Below, piece after piece: positions 25,930-35,102 of a stretch of 43,010 nt of DNA. The notes under the pieces are model-generated. The model ran no database searches, was not told the DNA's origin, and worked only from the letters and a program-made list of their open reading frames with translations. Origin of the DNA: a virus. Taxonomy: Duplodnaviria; Heunggongvirae; Uroviricota; Caudoviricetes. Position numbers and translations under genes: made by a program. The stretch lies in IMG/VR virus record IMGVR_UViG_3300025011_000002, one strand, 5' to 3'. Positions within the stretch are counted from its first letter, which is position 1. Each line of letters opens with the position of its first letter.

Positions 25930-26681
25930 GTTTTTACTTTGCTAAAAATAGTCTTCTTTTGTTTAGGATTAATAACAAATCTATTATTTTGTTTAATTTC
26001 AAGTTGAGTTAAATATTCTTTAATCTCATCTAATGATGCAGATTTAACATTAATTTTATTTTCAATTTGTTTATTTTGTGTTGCCATTTCAGAAATCATT
26101 TTTGATAATGTTAAATCACAATACTGGTCTTCCCAATCTGCAATATAATAAAATCTATCATGAAGCATTTTATCTCTTACAAAAGAGCCAAAGAGAATAG
26201 GGTCTTTACGTTTATTCTCTTCTTTAACTTGTCTTTCAACTTCACCAGTATAATCGGTGAATACAATATAATATTCATCAAATATATTTTCTTCTTTTAA
26301 TTTTATAATAGTATCTGTTATTTCATCTGGTATTTCTCTTGGATAGTTTCTTAGTTCTATTACTTTTATAGCTTTATCTTTAACCATATTGATATAAAAT
26401 TCTATATCATCTCTGTATAGAAAAGTATCAATATTCATTTCCAATAATCTATATTCTTTTTGCAAACATTCTATAATAAAAATAAGTTTTTTAATAGCTG
26501 CATCTTGGTTAATAGCAAATGCCTTTTGTAATAATATTTCAGAATTATCATAAAGATTTTTTAAAAATTCATTATCTGTTTTCTTTTTAATTTTTTTTAA
26601 ATTATCAAAATATTCTTTTGGGTCTATCTCTTGACCATTAATATTCATTGTTTCTTTTTGTTCTTCAATTATTTCTGACAT
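25911..26681 (-). CDS. Phage hypothetical protein
   Basis: KDPILFG...RFYYIADWEDQYCDLTL resembles an uncharacterised phage family (from memory). Confidence 0.7.
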   Translation of the reverse strand: MSEIIEEQKETMNINGQEIDPKEYFDNLKKIKKKTDNEFLKNLYDNSEILLQKAFAINQDAAIKKLIFIIECLQKEYRLLEMNIDTFLYRDDIEFYINMVKDKAIKVIELRNYPREIPDEITDTIIKLKEENIFDEYYIVFTDYTGEVERQVKEENKRKDPILFGSFVRDKMLHDRFYYIADWEDQYCDLTLSKMISEMATQNKQIENKINVKSASLDEIKEYLTQLEIKQNNRFVINPKQKKTIFSKVKTWLTKK

Positions 26682-26739
26682 ATTCGCTCTCCTTTTATTA
26701 CTTTATCATCATATATTAAAACTTATTATTTGTCAATAC

Positions 26740-27294
26740 TTATAAACTAAAATCTTTTAGTGCTTCGTCTCTTATATCATCATTTATTCCAATATAACGC
26801 ATGGTTACTCTTTGAGAACTATGGTTTAATAAATCTTGTATTAATGCTATATCTTTTGTTTTTTTATAAAAATGATAACCCCAAGATTTGCGTAAAGTAT
26901 GATTCCCTATTTTATCAGTTATACCTACATTTCTACAAGCCTTATTTATTATATTATACATCATAACTCTTGTTAATGGCTTATTCTTTCCTTCTCTTGA
27001 ATAGAATAGATGGTCTTCTTTTTGTAAATTTTCTTTATTAATATATTTTAATACTTCTTTTTTTAATTCTTCATTAATTAAGAACCTTTTATATTTATTT
27101 GTTTTTTGTTCTCTTATCATTAAATGAGTATTGTCTAAAAAGTCATTTGCCTTTAATTTGAGTAAATCTACAGAGCGCAAGCCTGTATTAATTCCAACAA
27201 AAAACATCATATAGTTTCTATAAGAATCTTTCTTTAATTCTTCTTTAACTTTTTCTATTAATACTTTATTTCTTATTGGTTCTACGGTATTCAT
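26740..27294 (-). CDS. Tyrosine recombinase (catalytic domain only, XerC/D-like)
   Basis: NTGLRSVDL (Arg), HTLRKS (H-x2-R), LLNHSS (His), TMRYIG (Tyr); 184 aa. Confidence 0.9.
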   Translation of the reverse strand: MNTVEPIRNKVLIEKVKEELKKDSYRNYMMFFVGINTGLRSVDLLKLKANDFLDNTHLMIREQKTNKYKRFLINEELKKEVLKYINKENLQKEDHLFYSREGKNKPLTRVMMYNIINKACRNVGITDKIGNHTLRKSWGYHFYKKTKDIALIQDLLNHSSQRVTMRYIGINDDIRDEALKDFSL

Positions 27295-27713
27295 AATTTA
27301 ATCCTTAATATATCATTAAATATAGATTGTTTAAAATTTTCTGCCATATTTTTTGCTTCTTCTATATTATCATATCTGCCTAAATAATATGTTTTTTTAT
27401 TATGTATTATAACTACTTTCCATTTATTTTTATCCCAATGAACATTTTTAACTCCACTACTAATATTATTTTTATTAGCTGCATCTTTTATTTTTTTTGT
27501 TATTACTCCTTTTGCGCTATTAATTTTTCCTATTTCAACTATATAACATCCACAAGATTTTACATAGCCTTGTGTAAGTCCTGTTGTAGAAACTATTTTT
27601 TCTCCGCCACAATCACACCTACAAAGCCAAAATCTTCTTTGTCTTTTAGTTCTATGTTTTTTTATAACTGTTAATTTATTAAATTTTTTTCCTGTTAAAC
27701 TTTCAATATTCAT
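27291..27713 (-). CDS. AP2-domain DNA-binding protein with HNH-endonuclease-type N-terminal module
   Basis: GKKFNKLTV..WLCRCDCG..SCGC then SGVKNVHW..KWKV...YLGRYDNIEEA. Confidence 0.75.
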   Translation of the reverse strand: MNIESLTGKKFNKLTVIKKHRTKRQRRFWLCRCDCGGEKIVSTTGLTQGYVKSCGCYIVEIGKINSAKGVITKKIKDAANKNNISSGVKNVHWDKNKWKVVIIHNKKTYYLGRYDNIEEAKNMAENFKQSIFNDILRIKL

Positions 27714-27724
27714 TTAATTATTCC

Positions 27725-28051
27725 TTATACAAAATAATTTAATCTATACGCATTATTTGGTTTTAAATTTAATACTTCCATCATTATCTTTTTAGCTACA
27801 TTTGGACAATTTAATGATTTTTCTTGTAAATGATAATTATCTAATGCAAATCTACCATAATGTTCTGGTTTTATTTTTTTTTCTTCAAGTATTTTACCTA
27901 AACTTTCATGAACAATCTTAAAGAATGTCAAAATATCCGTTGAAGTTAAATCTGTTTTTACTCTTTCTCTTATTTGAGGCATGTTTTGTAGCACAGCTTT
28001 TTTACATTCTTGTGTTCTAAAATACGTAATTATACTTTTAGCAACCTTCAT
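27725..28051 (-). CDS. Hypothetical protein
   Basis: Intact co-oriented ORF behind a TTGACA-type promoter. Confidence 0.6.
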   Translation of the reverse strand: MKVAKSIITYFRTQECKKAVLQNMPQIRERVKTDLTSTDILTFFKIVHESLGKILEEKKIKPEHYGRFALDNYHLQEKSLNCPNVAKKIMMEVLNLKPNNAYRLNYFV

Positions 28052-28112
28052 TTTGATTATCCTTAATTAACTATATAATTATATTACACTATAATTATTA
28101 TTTTGTCAATAC

Positions 28113-28319
28113 TTATATTTTAAATTTACTATAATAATATCCTTCTTGAAAATATGAATGAAAATTATTATTATTAATATTTCTTGCAAACATTATCATA
28201 TCTCCATAAGAATAAAAAGATTCTACTTTAAATCTTGCATGCAAATCTTCTACTACTTCACAATCATCATATTTAGAATCTATGTTATTTATATATTTTT
28301 TAAAATCTTTTAATTTCAT
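28113..28319 (-). CDS. Hypothetical protein
   Basis: Intact co-oriented ORF. Confidence 0.55.
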   Translation of the reverse strand: MKLKDFKKYINNIDSKYDDCEVVEDLHARFKVESFYSYGDMIMFARNINNNNFHSYFQEGYYYSKFKI

Positions 28320-28320
28320 T

Positions 28321-28695
28321 TTATAAGCCTCTTACAAAATCTTGAACTTTAATAATATTATCTTTATTTTCTGTAATTTTATATATTGTTTCTTTAAATT
28401 TAGTATCAATCATATTGTGATATTGGTTTTCTGTAAATCTAAACCAATATTGTTTTGTTAATTTATCTTCTTCTGTTATTCTTAGTCTACCTTTTGGATA
28501 GCCTACAGTACCTTTAATTCCGTTATCTTTGCAATATTGTACTGCTTTATTAAATTTATCATAATCATACATCATGACAATAATATCTTTATTATATTTA
28601 TCTGTAATTTTATAATATGGCTTATTATCGTGTCCAATAGCTTCCCATATAATTAAATTATTTACTTGTTTTATTTTTTTTCCTCTTATTAACAT
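28321..28695 (-). CDS. Hypothetical protein
   Basis: Intact co-oriented ORF. Confidence 0.6.
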   Translation of the reverse strand: MLIRGKKIKQVNNLIIWEAIGHDNKPYYKITDKYNKDIIVMMYDYDKFNKAVQYCKDNGIKGTVGYPKGRLRITEEDKLTKQYWFRFTENQYHNMIDTKFKETIYKITENKDNIIKVQDFVRGL

Positions 28696-28705
28696 AAATT
28701 ACTCC

Positions 28706-28918
28706 TTATTTAATTTTTTTCATTCTTTTTAAATTATACATGATGCCTTTAGCTGACTTCTTAACTTGTTTTATTTTTTCTTTAGGAATTTCAGTATCTC
28801 TTTTAAGTAATTCATTGCATAAATTTATAACAGAAATACATTGTAATGAATCTATATTATTAAACATAAATTCTAAATCTTTTGTTTCTGTGTTTTTATA
28901 TTTATTCATTCTATACAA
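28706..28918 (-). CDS. Hypothetical protein
   Basis: Intact ORF with GGAG RBS. Confidence 0.55.
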   Translation of the reverse strand: MYRMNKYKNTETKDLEFMFNNIDSLQCISVINLCNELLKRDTEIPKEKIKQVKKSAKGIMYNLKRMKKIK

Positions 28919-29100
28919 AAGCTCCTTAACTCTCTTTTCGACCAGTCTGGGTGATACTCGTGATATTGTCTAACGCAAGTATTAAACTTATTGCTATTAT
29001 ATAACTTATCTAATTTAATGCCTATCGCTATGCCAACTAAAAAGGTTATTAAGAAAAATATTGCAATAGTTATATAAAATATTTTTTCTGGATTTGGCAT
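28906..29100 (-). CDS. Small membrane protein
   Basis: IFYITIAIFFLITFLVGIAIGI transmembrane-like segment. Confidence 0.6.
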   Translation of the reverse strand: MPNPEKIFYITIAIFFLITFLVGIAIGIKLDKLYNSNKFNTCVRQYHEYHPDWSKRELRSFCIE

Positions 29101-29255
29101 AATCTTAACCTCAATTTACTATTTTCATTTTTTAATAATTTGTTTTCAGTATATAAATAAATACTAACTATAATAAATGTAGCAGATAATCCAAATAATA
29201 AAAATATCCAAATACCGCTTATTGCATCTGAAATATCAACGCCCATTGAATCCAT
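29070..29255 (-). CDS. Small membrane protein
   Basis: GIWIFLLFGLSATFIIVSIYLY transmembrane-like segment. Confidence 0.6.
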   Translation of the reverse strand: MDSMGVDISDAISGIWIFLLFGLSATFIIVSIYLYTENKLLKNENSKLRLRLCQIQKKYFI

Positions 29256-29314
29256 AATTTATTTACCTCTTGCAATATTTTGTAATATATGCTACTATAT
29301 TTTAATATATTTAA

Positions 29315-29488
29315 CTATTCTTTAATAACAAGGATATTCTCTTCTTGTAAGAAGTTTAAAGCTTCTTCATCATTATTAAAATTGGTATCAAATTTCCTAT
29401 TAACGAATCCTTTTAAATCGTCTGTAGAATTATCATCTATTCCATTAGTATCATCAACATCATTTGACCAAGTAAATACTCTATACAT
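29315..29488 (-). CDS. Acidic 57-aa hypothetical protein
   Basis: Not in ORF track; AGGA RBS, behind a TTGACA-type promoter; MYRVFTWSNDVDDTNGIDD... Confidence 0.55.
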   Translation of the reverse strand: MYRVFTWSNDVDDTNGIDDNSTDDLKGFVNRKFDTNFNNDEEALNFLQEENILVIKE

Positions 29489-29751
29489 TTATTTAATTCC
29501 TTTATTTCTTTCAACATATTTATCATAACATATTTTTATTTAATGTCAATAGGTAAATTAAAAATAATTTAAAAAATAAAAACTACATATATAAGGAATA
29601 GTAAAAATGAAAATAAGAAAATTTAAAAAAGAGATGAAGAAAGATGAGGAATATTATGATAAAAAATGGATTGGTTATTTTAAAGATATAAATTGGAAAA
29701 ATTTTAGAAAAACTAAAAGTCTTATAAATATAAATGATTATTCTGAATAAA

Positions 29752-29868
29752 TTTGAAAACCAAAATAACTTATAAATTCAAATATGGCTCGAACCGATAA
29801 ATTGATAATCGGTTCGAGCCATTAAATTAAAAACCATTCGAGTTGAAAAAGTCAATTTGCTTTCGAGT
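29752..29868. repeat. Non-coding element, copy 2, with 15-bp perfect inverted repeat
   Basis: TTTGAA-N19-TTCAAA at 29752-29782; atggctcgaaccgat (29784-29798) / atcggttcgagccat (29808-29822); further TCGAG motifs. Confidence 0.6.
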
Positions 29869-30018
29869 CATTAAAATGTTATTATATAAATATATAAATA
29901 AGTTATCCATAAATATTACCCAACTGACTAATTGATTGTGTTTTAAAATAAGTTATTATTAAAACATAGAAACACACAAACACTTTAATTAATAGAAATG
30001 AAAGGCATAGGAGGAAAC

Positions 30019-30447
30019 ATGAAACGAGTAAGAAGAACAAGGGAACAAATTCAAGAAGAAGGTGTATCGAAAGACATCTGTATCACAAGAACATTAAAAG
30101 TAAACGATTATACTTCTAAACTTCTGAAAAAAAATAATGTAGATGTATCACAACTTAAAAATGGAGGGGATGTAACAGAAGTTTTAGCAATCTACTTTGT
30201 AAGAAGAAACTTAATTGAATTTAGAATTAAAGGACAGACTGAAACAGTAATGGAAACAATAACATCTCCAGAAATTGAAGCTAAATTTGGAGCAGGGGCT
30301 AAATTAACAGTACCTAAAGAAGTTGAAAAAGATGTTGTTATTGGTACTATTAAAATAAAAGATAGAAATGAATCTAAAAACTATGGGTTTCCAGTATATC
30401 CAAGACCTAAACTTGATGCACAAGAAAGAAAATTAAGAAGAGCATAG
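30019..30447 (+). CDS. Hypothetical protein
   Basis: GGAGG RBS before ATG 30019. Confidence 0.7.
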   Translation: MKRVRRTREQIQEEGVSKDICITRTLKVNDYTSKLLKKNNVDVSQLKNGGDVTEVLAIYFVRRNLIEFRIKGQTETVMETITSPEIEAKFGAGAKLTVPKEVEKDVVIGTIKIKDRNESKNYGFPVYPRPKLDAQERKLRRA

Positions 30448-30479
30448 TTATTTAATAATATATAAGGAAGGAATATAAA

Positions 30480-30929
30480 ATGGTAGTTAAAGAAATGAAT
30501 ATCTTACAGATAGAAACAATAGATAAACAAATATCTGAATGGAATAATTTAATCAAAGAAGCTCAAGAAAGAATAACAGAGTTAGAAATTAGAAAAGAAA
30601 GTTTATTAGTTAAAAAAGTAAAGCCAACCAGAGAAAGAAAAGAAAAATTAACAGATACAGGAATCATGTGGTTTAGTTTTCCAACAGAGAAAGACCATTT
30701 AATAGGAATAGACCATTTAAATAACAAAGTAATTGTTATAAAACCAGAACAAATATCGAAAACTTCACAGGTTAGATTCAATGAAATAGCAGAATTAAAT
30801 CATCTTCCTTTAGAAATAATAGGAGAAGGAAACATCAGAGAAGGTAATGTAGAATGGTGTAAATATATAATTTGGGAAGGTAAAAAAGAATTATTCAAAA
30901 AAGCTAAATATGAATTTGACTTAAAATAA
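30480..30929 (+). CDS. Hypothetical protein with N-terminal coiled coil
   Basis: Heptad-like IETIDKQISEWNNLIKEAQERITELEIRKE. Confidence 0.7.
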   Translation: MVVKEMNILQIETIDKQISEWNNLIKEAQERITELEIRKESLLVKKVKPTRERKEKLTDTGIMWFSFPTEKDHLIGIDHLNNKVIVIKPEQISKTSQVRFNEIAELNHLPLEIIGEGNIREGNVEWCKYIIWEGKKELFKKAKYEFDLK

Positions 30930-30943
30930 AATTTAAACAAAAT

Positions 30944-30984
30944 AAAAAGAGGCTATTGACATAGCCTCTTTTTTGTCGTAAAAT
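30944..30984 (+). terminator. Terminator hairpin overlapping a sigma70-like promoter
   Basis: 13-bp stem aaaaagaggctat/atagcctcttttt; TTGACA (30956-30961) spans the loop, 17-nt spacer, TAAAAT (30979-30984). Confidence 0.75.
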
Positions 30985-31027
30985 ATTAAAGTTAGGTTTG
31001 AGTAATATATGTAAGAAAGGGGATTAA

Positions 31028-31255
31028 ATGTTAAGCGTTTTAAGTAATGAGAATTATGAAAGCAAATCTCTTATTGAACAAAAAGATGGTCTTATTTTAA
31101 AAGTCAAACAAGATTTAGAAGTGGTGTTAAGAAGTGTAAAGAAATCCAGAGAATTAGAGCAAAGAAAATTATATAATGATATAATAAAAAGACATACAGA
31201 TATAAACGCTAATATCACTTATGATTTAAAAGATAGAATATATAACCTAGTATAA
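31028..31255 (+). CDS. Hypothetical protein (monocistronic)
   Basis: AAAGGGG RBS; own promoter and terminator. Confidence 0.65.
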   Translation: MLSVLSNENYESKSLIEQKDGLILKVKQDLEVVLRSVKKSRELEQRKLYNDIIKRHTDINANITYDLKDRIYNLV

Positions 31256-31286
31256 TTTACCCAAACTGTCGGCATTCTAACTACTA

Positions 31287-31313
31287 AAAAGACTCTTTAA
31301 TAAAGAGTCTTTT
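31287..31313. terminator. Bidirectional terminator
   Basis: aaaagactcttt-aat-aaagagtctttt between convergent genes. Confidence 0.75.
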
Positions 31314-31494
31314 CTTTATAATTATTTATTATGTCTAAATGATGCTCATTTAAAAGTCTTATGCTATTTTCATATTGTTTTTGTTGTAAACTTTTTTCAT
31401 TTAAATTTTTACCACAATAAGTACAATAAATCTTAGCATTAATATTAACCTTTAAGCAATGATTACATAATTTATTTGTCATCTTTCTTCTCAA
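31297..31494 (-). CDS. Small Zn-ribbon protein
   Basis: CNHC...CTYCG. Confidence 0.55.
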   Translation of the reverse strand: MRRKMTNKLCNHCLKVNINAKIYCTYCGKNLNEKSLQQKQYENSIRLLNEHHLDIINNYKEKTLY

Positions 31495-31638
31495 AAGTAT
31501 CTACATCTGCTTTTTTAAATAATTTTGTTACTTTTTTATTCTTTCCTTGTGGATTGTGTTTTTTATCCTTATTAATTTTATGTACAGGTTCACAATTAAA
31601 ACCTATGTTGCTGTCTGGTGTAAAATTAATTTCCATCT

Positions 31639-31830
31639 TTAAACCTCTTTCTTACTTAATTTAAATATTGTATCAGATAATTCACTATATCTTTCATACC
31701 ATAAATTTGATATATATTTATAATGCTCTTTTAATGAATTATCATAAAATATTTTTTGTTCTAAATCTATTCTCTTATTAAGTTCTACAATCCATAAAAT
31801 AATAAATAAGAATAATAATATCCAAGTCAT
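31639..31830 (-). CDS. Small membrane protein
   Basis: MTWILLFLFIILWIV hydrophobic N-terminus. Confidence 0.6.
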   Translation of the reverse strand: MTWILLFLFIILWIVELNKRIDLEQKIFYDNSLKEHYKYISNLWYERYSELSDTIFKLSKKEV

Positions 31831-31992
31831 ATTTTAATTATCTCCTCTATTTTTATTAAACAATTGCTTCCAGTAATACATACAAAATGGGAAAACACAC
31901 TCTCCACAAGGGAACATTTTCAAGGAATTATAACATAATTTTCTTCCTGTTCCTCCTGCATAAATATATTTATCACAAATATATTTCATATT

Positions 31993-32190
31993 CTAATGAC
32001 CCTTACATTTAAATAATGCTTGCCTAGCCCACCAAAAATTATTAGTATTGTGTAACTTCTGAATATATGTTGCTCCGCATTTCCAACAAGGCACAAATCC
32101 ATCTTGTAATTCTAATTCATGTATTCTATATCTATCATGACAATTAGGACACTCTATTTCAATAAATCGCATTCTATTTACTGGCGACAT
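31993..32190 (-). CDS. Small Zn-ribbon protein
   Basis: ECPNCH...PCWKCG. Confidence 0.65.
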   Translation of the reverse strand: MSPVNRMRFIEIECPNCHDRYRIHELELQDGFVPCWKCGATYIQKLHNTNNFWWARQALFKCKGH

Positions 32191-32222
32191 AATTTTCTCC
32201 TTATAATTATAATATATCTACT

Positions 32223-32459
32223 TTAAATATTTTCTTCTATATTTAATAATTCTTCTAATTCTTCAATAGCTACAGAAATATTTTGTCCAAGAATATGTAA
32301 ATTTTCTTCTGTAATACTACAATAACCATCAAAATATCTATTTACTATTTGCCATACTTCAAGTCTATTTTTCATACCAAAATGATATTGTTCTTCGGTT
32401 ATTTCTTTTCTTGAATATTGACAAGATAAGCAATCACATATAGAGTTTGTCTTATTCAT
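32223..32459 (-). CDS. Hypothetical protein
   Basis: Intact ORF, ATGA-coupled. Confidence 0.6.
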   Translation of the reverse strand: MNKTNSICDCLSCQYSRKEITEEQYHFGMKNRLEVWQIVNRYFDGYCSITEENLHILGQNISVAIEELEELLNIEENI

Positions 32460-32752
32460 ATTAACTCTTCCATCTCTTTAAGCATATCTTCTAATTCTTG
32501 ATTATATTCTTGAATATAGGGTTCTAAATAAACTCTTAAATGATTCTCATCACCTTCTGCACAAAACATAAATTCTGCATCTTGATACCATAGATTAAGT
32601 TTTTTAAGTTCTGAATCAAATTCTTTCTTTAATTTTCTTAGAATCTCTCCATTAGGCAAATACATCTTTATTGTTGCAAATGTATGAAAACTTCCATTTC
32701 TTAATTCTGTATCTATTTTATATATTTTACAATATGTTTTTTCTATTTTCAT
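32456..32752 (-). CDS. Hypothetical protein
   Basis: Intact ORF, ATGA-coupled. Confidence 0.6.
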   Translation of the reverse strand: MKIEKTYCKIYKIDTELRNGSFHTFATIKMYLPNGEILRKLKKEFDSELKKLNLWYQDAEFMFCAEGDENHLRVYLEPYIQEYNQELEDMLKEMEELI

Positions 32753-32934
32753 ATTAAACCATTTTCTTTATCTATTTTTTCTTGTTCAAGAACTTTATTG
32801 CATCTAAACCACCATCTACATTGAGAGCAAAATGATGTACTAATTCCTTGTATGCAAAAATAACCTCTTTTTTCTTCTATAGGTTCTTCTTCATCTTTAA
32901 ATAGATTTTTAAAGAAATTAAAAATACTCTTCAT
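32749..32934 (-). CDS. Small Cys-containing hypothetical protein
   Basis: Intact ORF; FCSQCRWWFRC. Confidence 0.55.
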   Translation of the reverse strand: MKSIFNFFKNLFKDEEEPIEEKRGYFCIQGISTSFCSQCRWWFRCNKVLEQEKIDKENGLI

Positions 32935-33073
32935 TATATATTATACTCTTACACTATATATTTTATTATAACATATTTTATATTTTTTGCAAGCAAAATA
33001 TTTAAAAATAAATGCAAGAAAAATATTATATCAGATATAGTAATAGAGTAAAGATAAATTAAAAGAGGTTAAT

Positions 33074-33607
33074 ATGAAAACAATTAATTGCAACAACAAT
33101 ACTTTAAAAGGCGTAAGAAGTTACAAAATTAAAAACGATAATGCTACAAATCATGAAATACATATAGTAGAAGCTTGCTGTAATACTGATTTAAAAGCAG
33201 AAGATTGCAAGAAATGCTTTGGTAAAATAGTTATTTCTGTTAGAGAATTTATAAATTTAAAAGGAAATATTGAACAAGAAAAGATTGTTTATAGAGATAG
33301 ATTTATAGTTAAGAATAAAATAATAAAAGAAATTTATGAAGCTACAGAATTTTTAGAAAAAATAAACACCGATATTTTATATGAAGTAACAGAATATGCA
33401 AAGAATCAAAAAGTTACAATGCCTTGGAGAGCATATGATAGACCACAAAACTATAAAACTGCTTGTATTGATTGTAAAGCCAAAAGACATAAATTAGGGC
33501 AAAAAGCAATGTGTGAAGGTGATAATCCTACATTTGTTGAAGAATATGGAGAAACTTTTAATAATTTCTGTAATCTACAGAAACAAACTTTATATAAAAT
33601 ATACTAG
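33074..33607 (+). CDS. Hypothetical Cys-containing protein
   Basis: GAGG RBS; CKKC and CIDC motifs. Confidence 0.65.
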   Translation: MKTINCNNNTLKGVRSYKIKNDNATNHEIHIVEACCNTDLKAEDCKKCFGKIVISVREFINLKGNIEQEKIVYRDRFIVKNKIIKEIYEATEFLEKINTDILYEVTEYAKNQKVTMPWRAYDRPQNYKTACIDCKAKRHKLGQKAMCEGDNPTFVEEYGETFNNFCNLQKQTLYKIY

Positions 33608-33617
33608 GAGAATAATA

Positions 33618-34349
33618 ATGAGTGATATAAAAGCATGTAAACCTATATTATTAAAGAAAAGGCATCTTGATAGATTATTTAAAATTACAATAGAGAATGA
33701 AACAATCCCCTTCATCTCTAACGCCCTTAACTTAGATTATCAAAGAGTTCATGGATATATTAAAAAAGGGGCAGAGCTTTTTTCAATGTATGAAGAATTA
33801 CTTGAAGAATATGGTTTTTTAGATATTGATATTTTTGATTATGAAGATGAATTTAAAGATATTTTAGAAGATTTAAAAATAGAGTTCTGTGATATATATA
33901 AATATGAAGAAATAAATGTAAAGAATTTACCTATCTGGGAAGACTATACTAAACTTCATAAAGCCTATTTTGTAGAAGAAAATAGGTATCGTTTAGAGTG
34001 GGATATAATAGATAAGATACGATTCGTAGATAATGACATCTTAAATCAAAACATAAGATTGCTCGTGATGCTAAATAGGATATATACAAGAGCATTAGCA
34101 ACATTAGGAAGCTGTGATTATTTATCATCTATTAAAAAGCATTCAAAGACTGCTAAGAATGTTAAATTAGCAGAGAATAGATTAAAGAAACTATATAAAG
34201 AAGATTTTGTAGAAGAAATTATAGATGTTAAAATAAAAGATGTTAAAGTAAGTTTGTTTGACCAACTATTAGAATTTGAAAGAAATAAACAAAAGAAATT
34301 ATTATCAGATGATGCAATAGATGTTAAGTTTATAGAAAAAAAAGATTAA
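33618..34349 (+). CDS. HTH-containing helical protein (possible terminase small subunit)
   Basis: Start re-set to ATG 33618 (AGGAG RBS); IPFISNALNLDYQRVHGYIKKG is HTH-like. The TerS call is speculative. Confidence 0.35.
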   Translation: MSDIKACKPILLKKRHLDRLFKITIENETIPFISNALNLDYQRVHGYIKKGAELFSMYEELLEEYGFLDIDIFDYEDEFKDILEDLKIEFCDIYKYEEINVKNLPIWEDYTKLHKAYFVEENRYRLEWDIIDKIRFVDNDILNQNIRLLVMLNRIYTRALATLGSCDYLSSIKKHSKTAKNVKLAENRLKKLYKEDFVEEIIDVKIKDVKVSLFDQLLEFERNKQKKLLSDDAIDVKFIEKKD

Positions 34350-34359
34350 GTTAAAAAAA

Positions 34360-34380
34360 AGACCTCCTTATTGGAGGTCT
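34360..34380. terminator. Intrinsic terminator between convergent genes
   Basis: agacctcc-ttatt-ggaggtct with an A8 tract on the left. Confidence 0.75.
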
Positions 34381-34425
34381 GCTATTATCTCGACTCATAC
34401 AACACTACGTTCTCACTCTTTAATT

Positions 34426-34584
34426 TTATTTAATATAAAGTTCTTTCTTTAATAAATTATCTTTATATAATGATTGTATATATCCATCCCAATCAAATAT
34501 TGCTGAAGAGTTTATTTCGGGATTAAGGTTTAATTTGTCTTTTACTCTTTTTATCTGTTTAATAGTTAGGCTTTTTTTTATCAT
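34426..34584 (-). CDS. Hypothetical 52-aa protein
   Basis: Not in ORF track; AGGT RBS, co-oriented. Confidence 0.45.
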   Translation of the reverse strand: MIKKSLTIKQIKRVKDKLNLNPEINSSAIFDWDGYIQSLYKDNLLKKELYIK

Positions 34585-34593
34585 ATTTAAATA

Positions 34594-35004
34594 CTAACCT
34601 TTAATCATCTTAATAACATCTTTTACTCTTTGTTCTGAAACTGTTAAAGAAACTGCATATTCAGATAATTGTTTATTATTGTTTCTTTTTTGCATTTCTT
34701 TATTTTTCCATTGTTCTAAATATTCTTTAATATATCTAGTTGTTTGTCCTGATGAATATCTTTTAGCAATTTCCCATACTTCAAATTCTGTTAAAGGTGG
34801 GATATTTTGTTTGCCTAATTTTTCTTCACTCCAAGTATAAGAAACTTTCCAAGAAAATTCAGATTCATCTTTTCCATTATTTTCTGCTTTTGTAATTCTT
34901 TTAACTTTATCCAAAGTTAAAGATGAATAAATATCGTTATCATTAAACGACTCAAATCTTCCCATCTTTTTTACAGGGATGCTAAATTCTTCTGTTACTT
35001 GCAT
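34594..35004 (-). CDS. Hypothetical protein
   Basis: AAGGAG RBS; own promoter (TTGCAT, 17-nt spacer, TAATAT). Confidence 0.7.
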   Translation of the reverse strand: MQVTEEFSIPVKKMGRFESFNDNDIYSSLTLDKVKRITKAENNGKDESEFSWKVSYTWSEEKLGKQNIPPLTEFEVWEIAKRYSSGQTTRYIKEYLEQWKNKEMQKRNNNKQLSEYAVSLTVSEQRVKDVIKMIKG

Positions 35005-35102
35005 ATGTTTCTCCTTCGACTCTTGCTGTTTCTCACTTAACCTTCAATAAAAATATATTACCACATTTTAAAATATAATGCAAGTGTTTTTTTAAAATTA
35101 TT

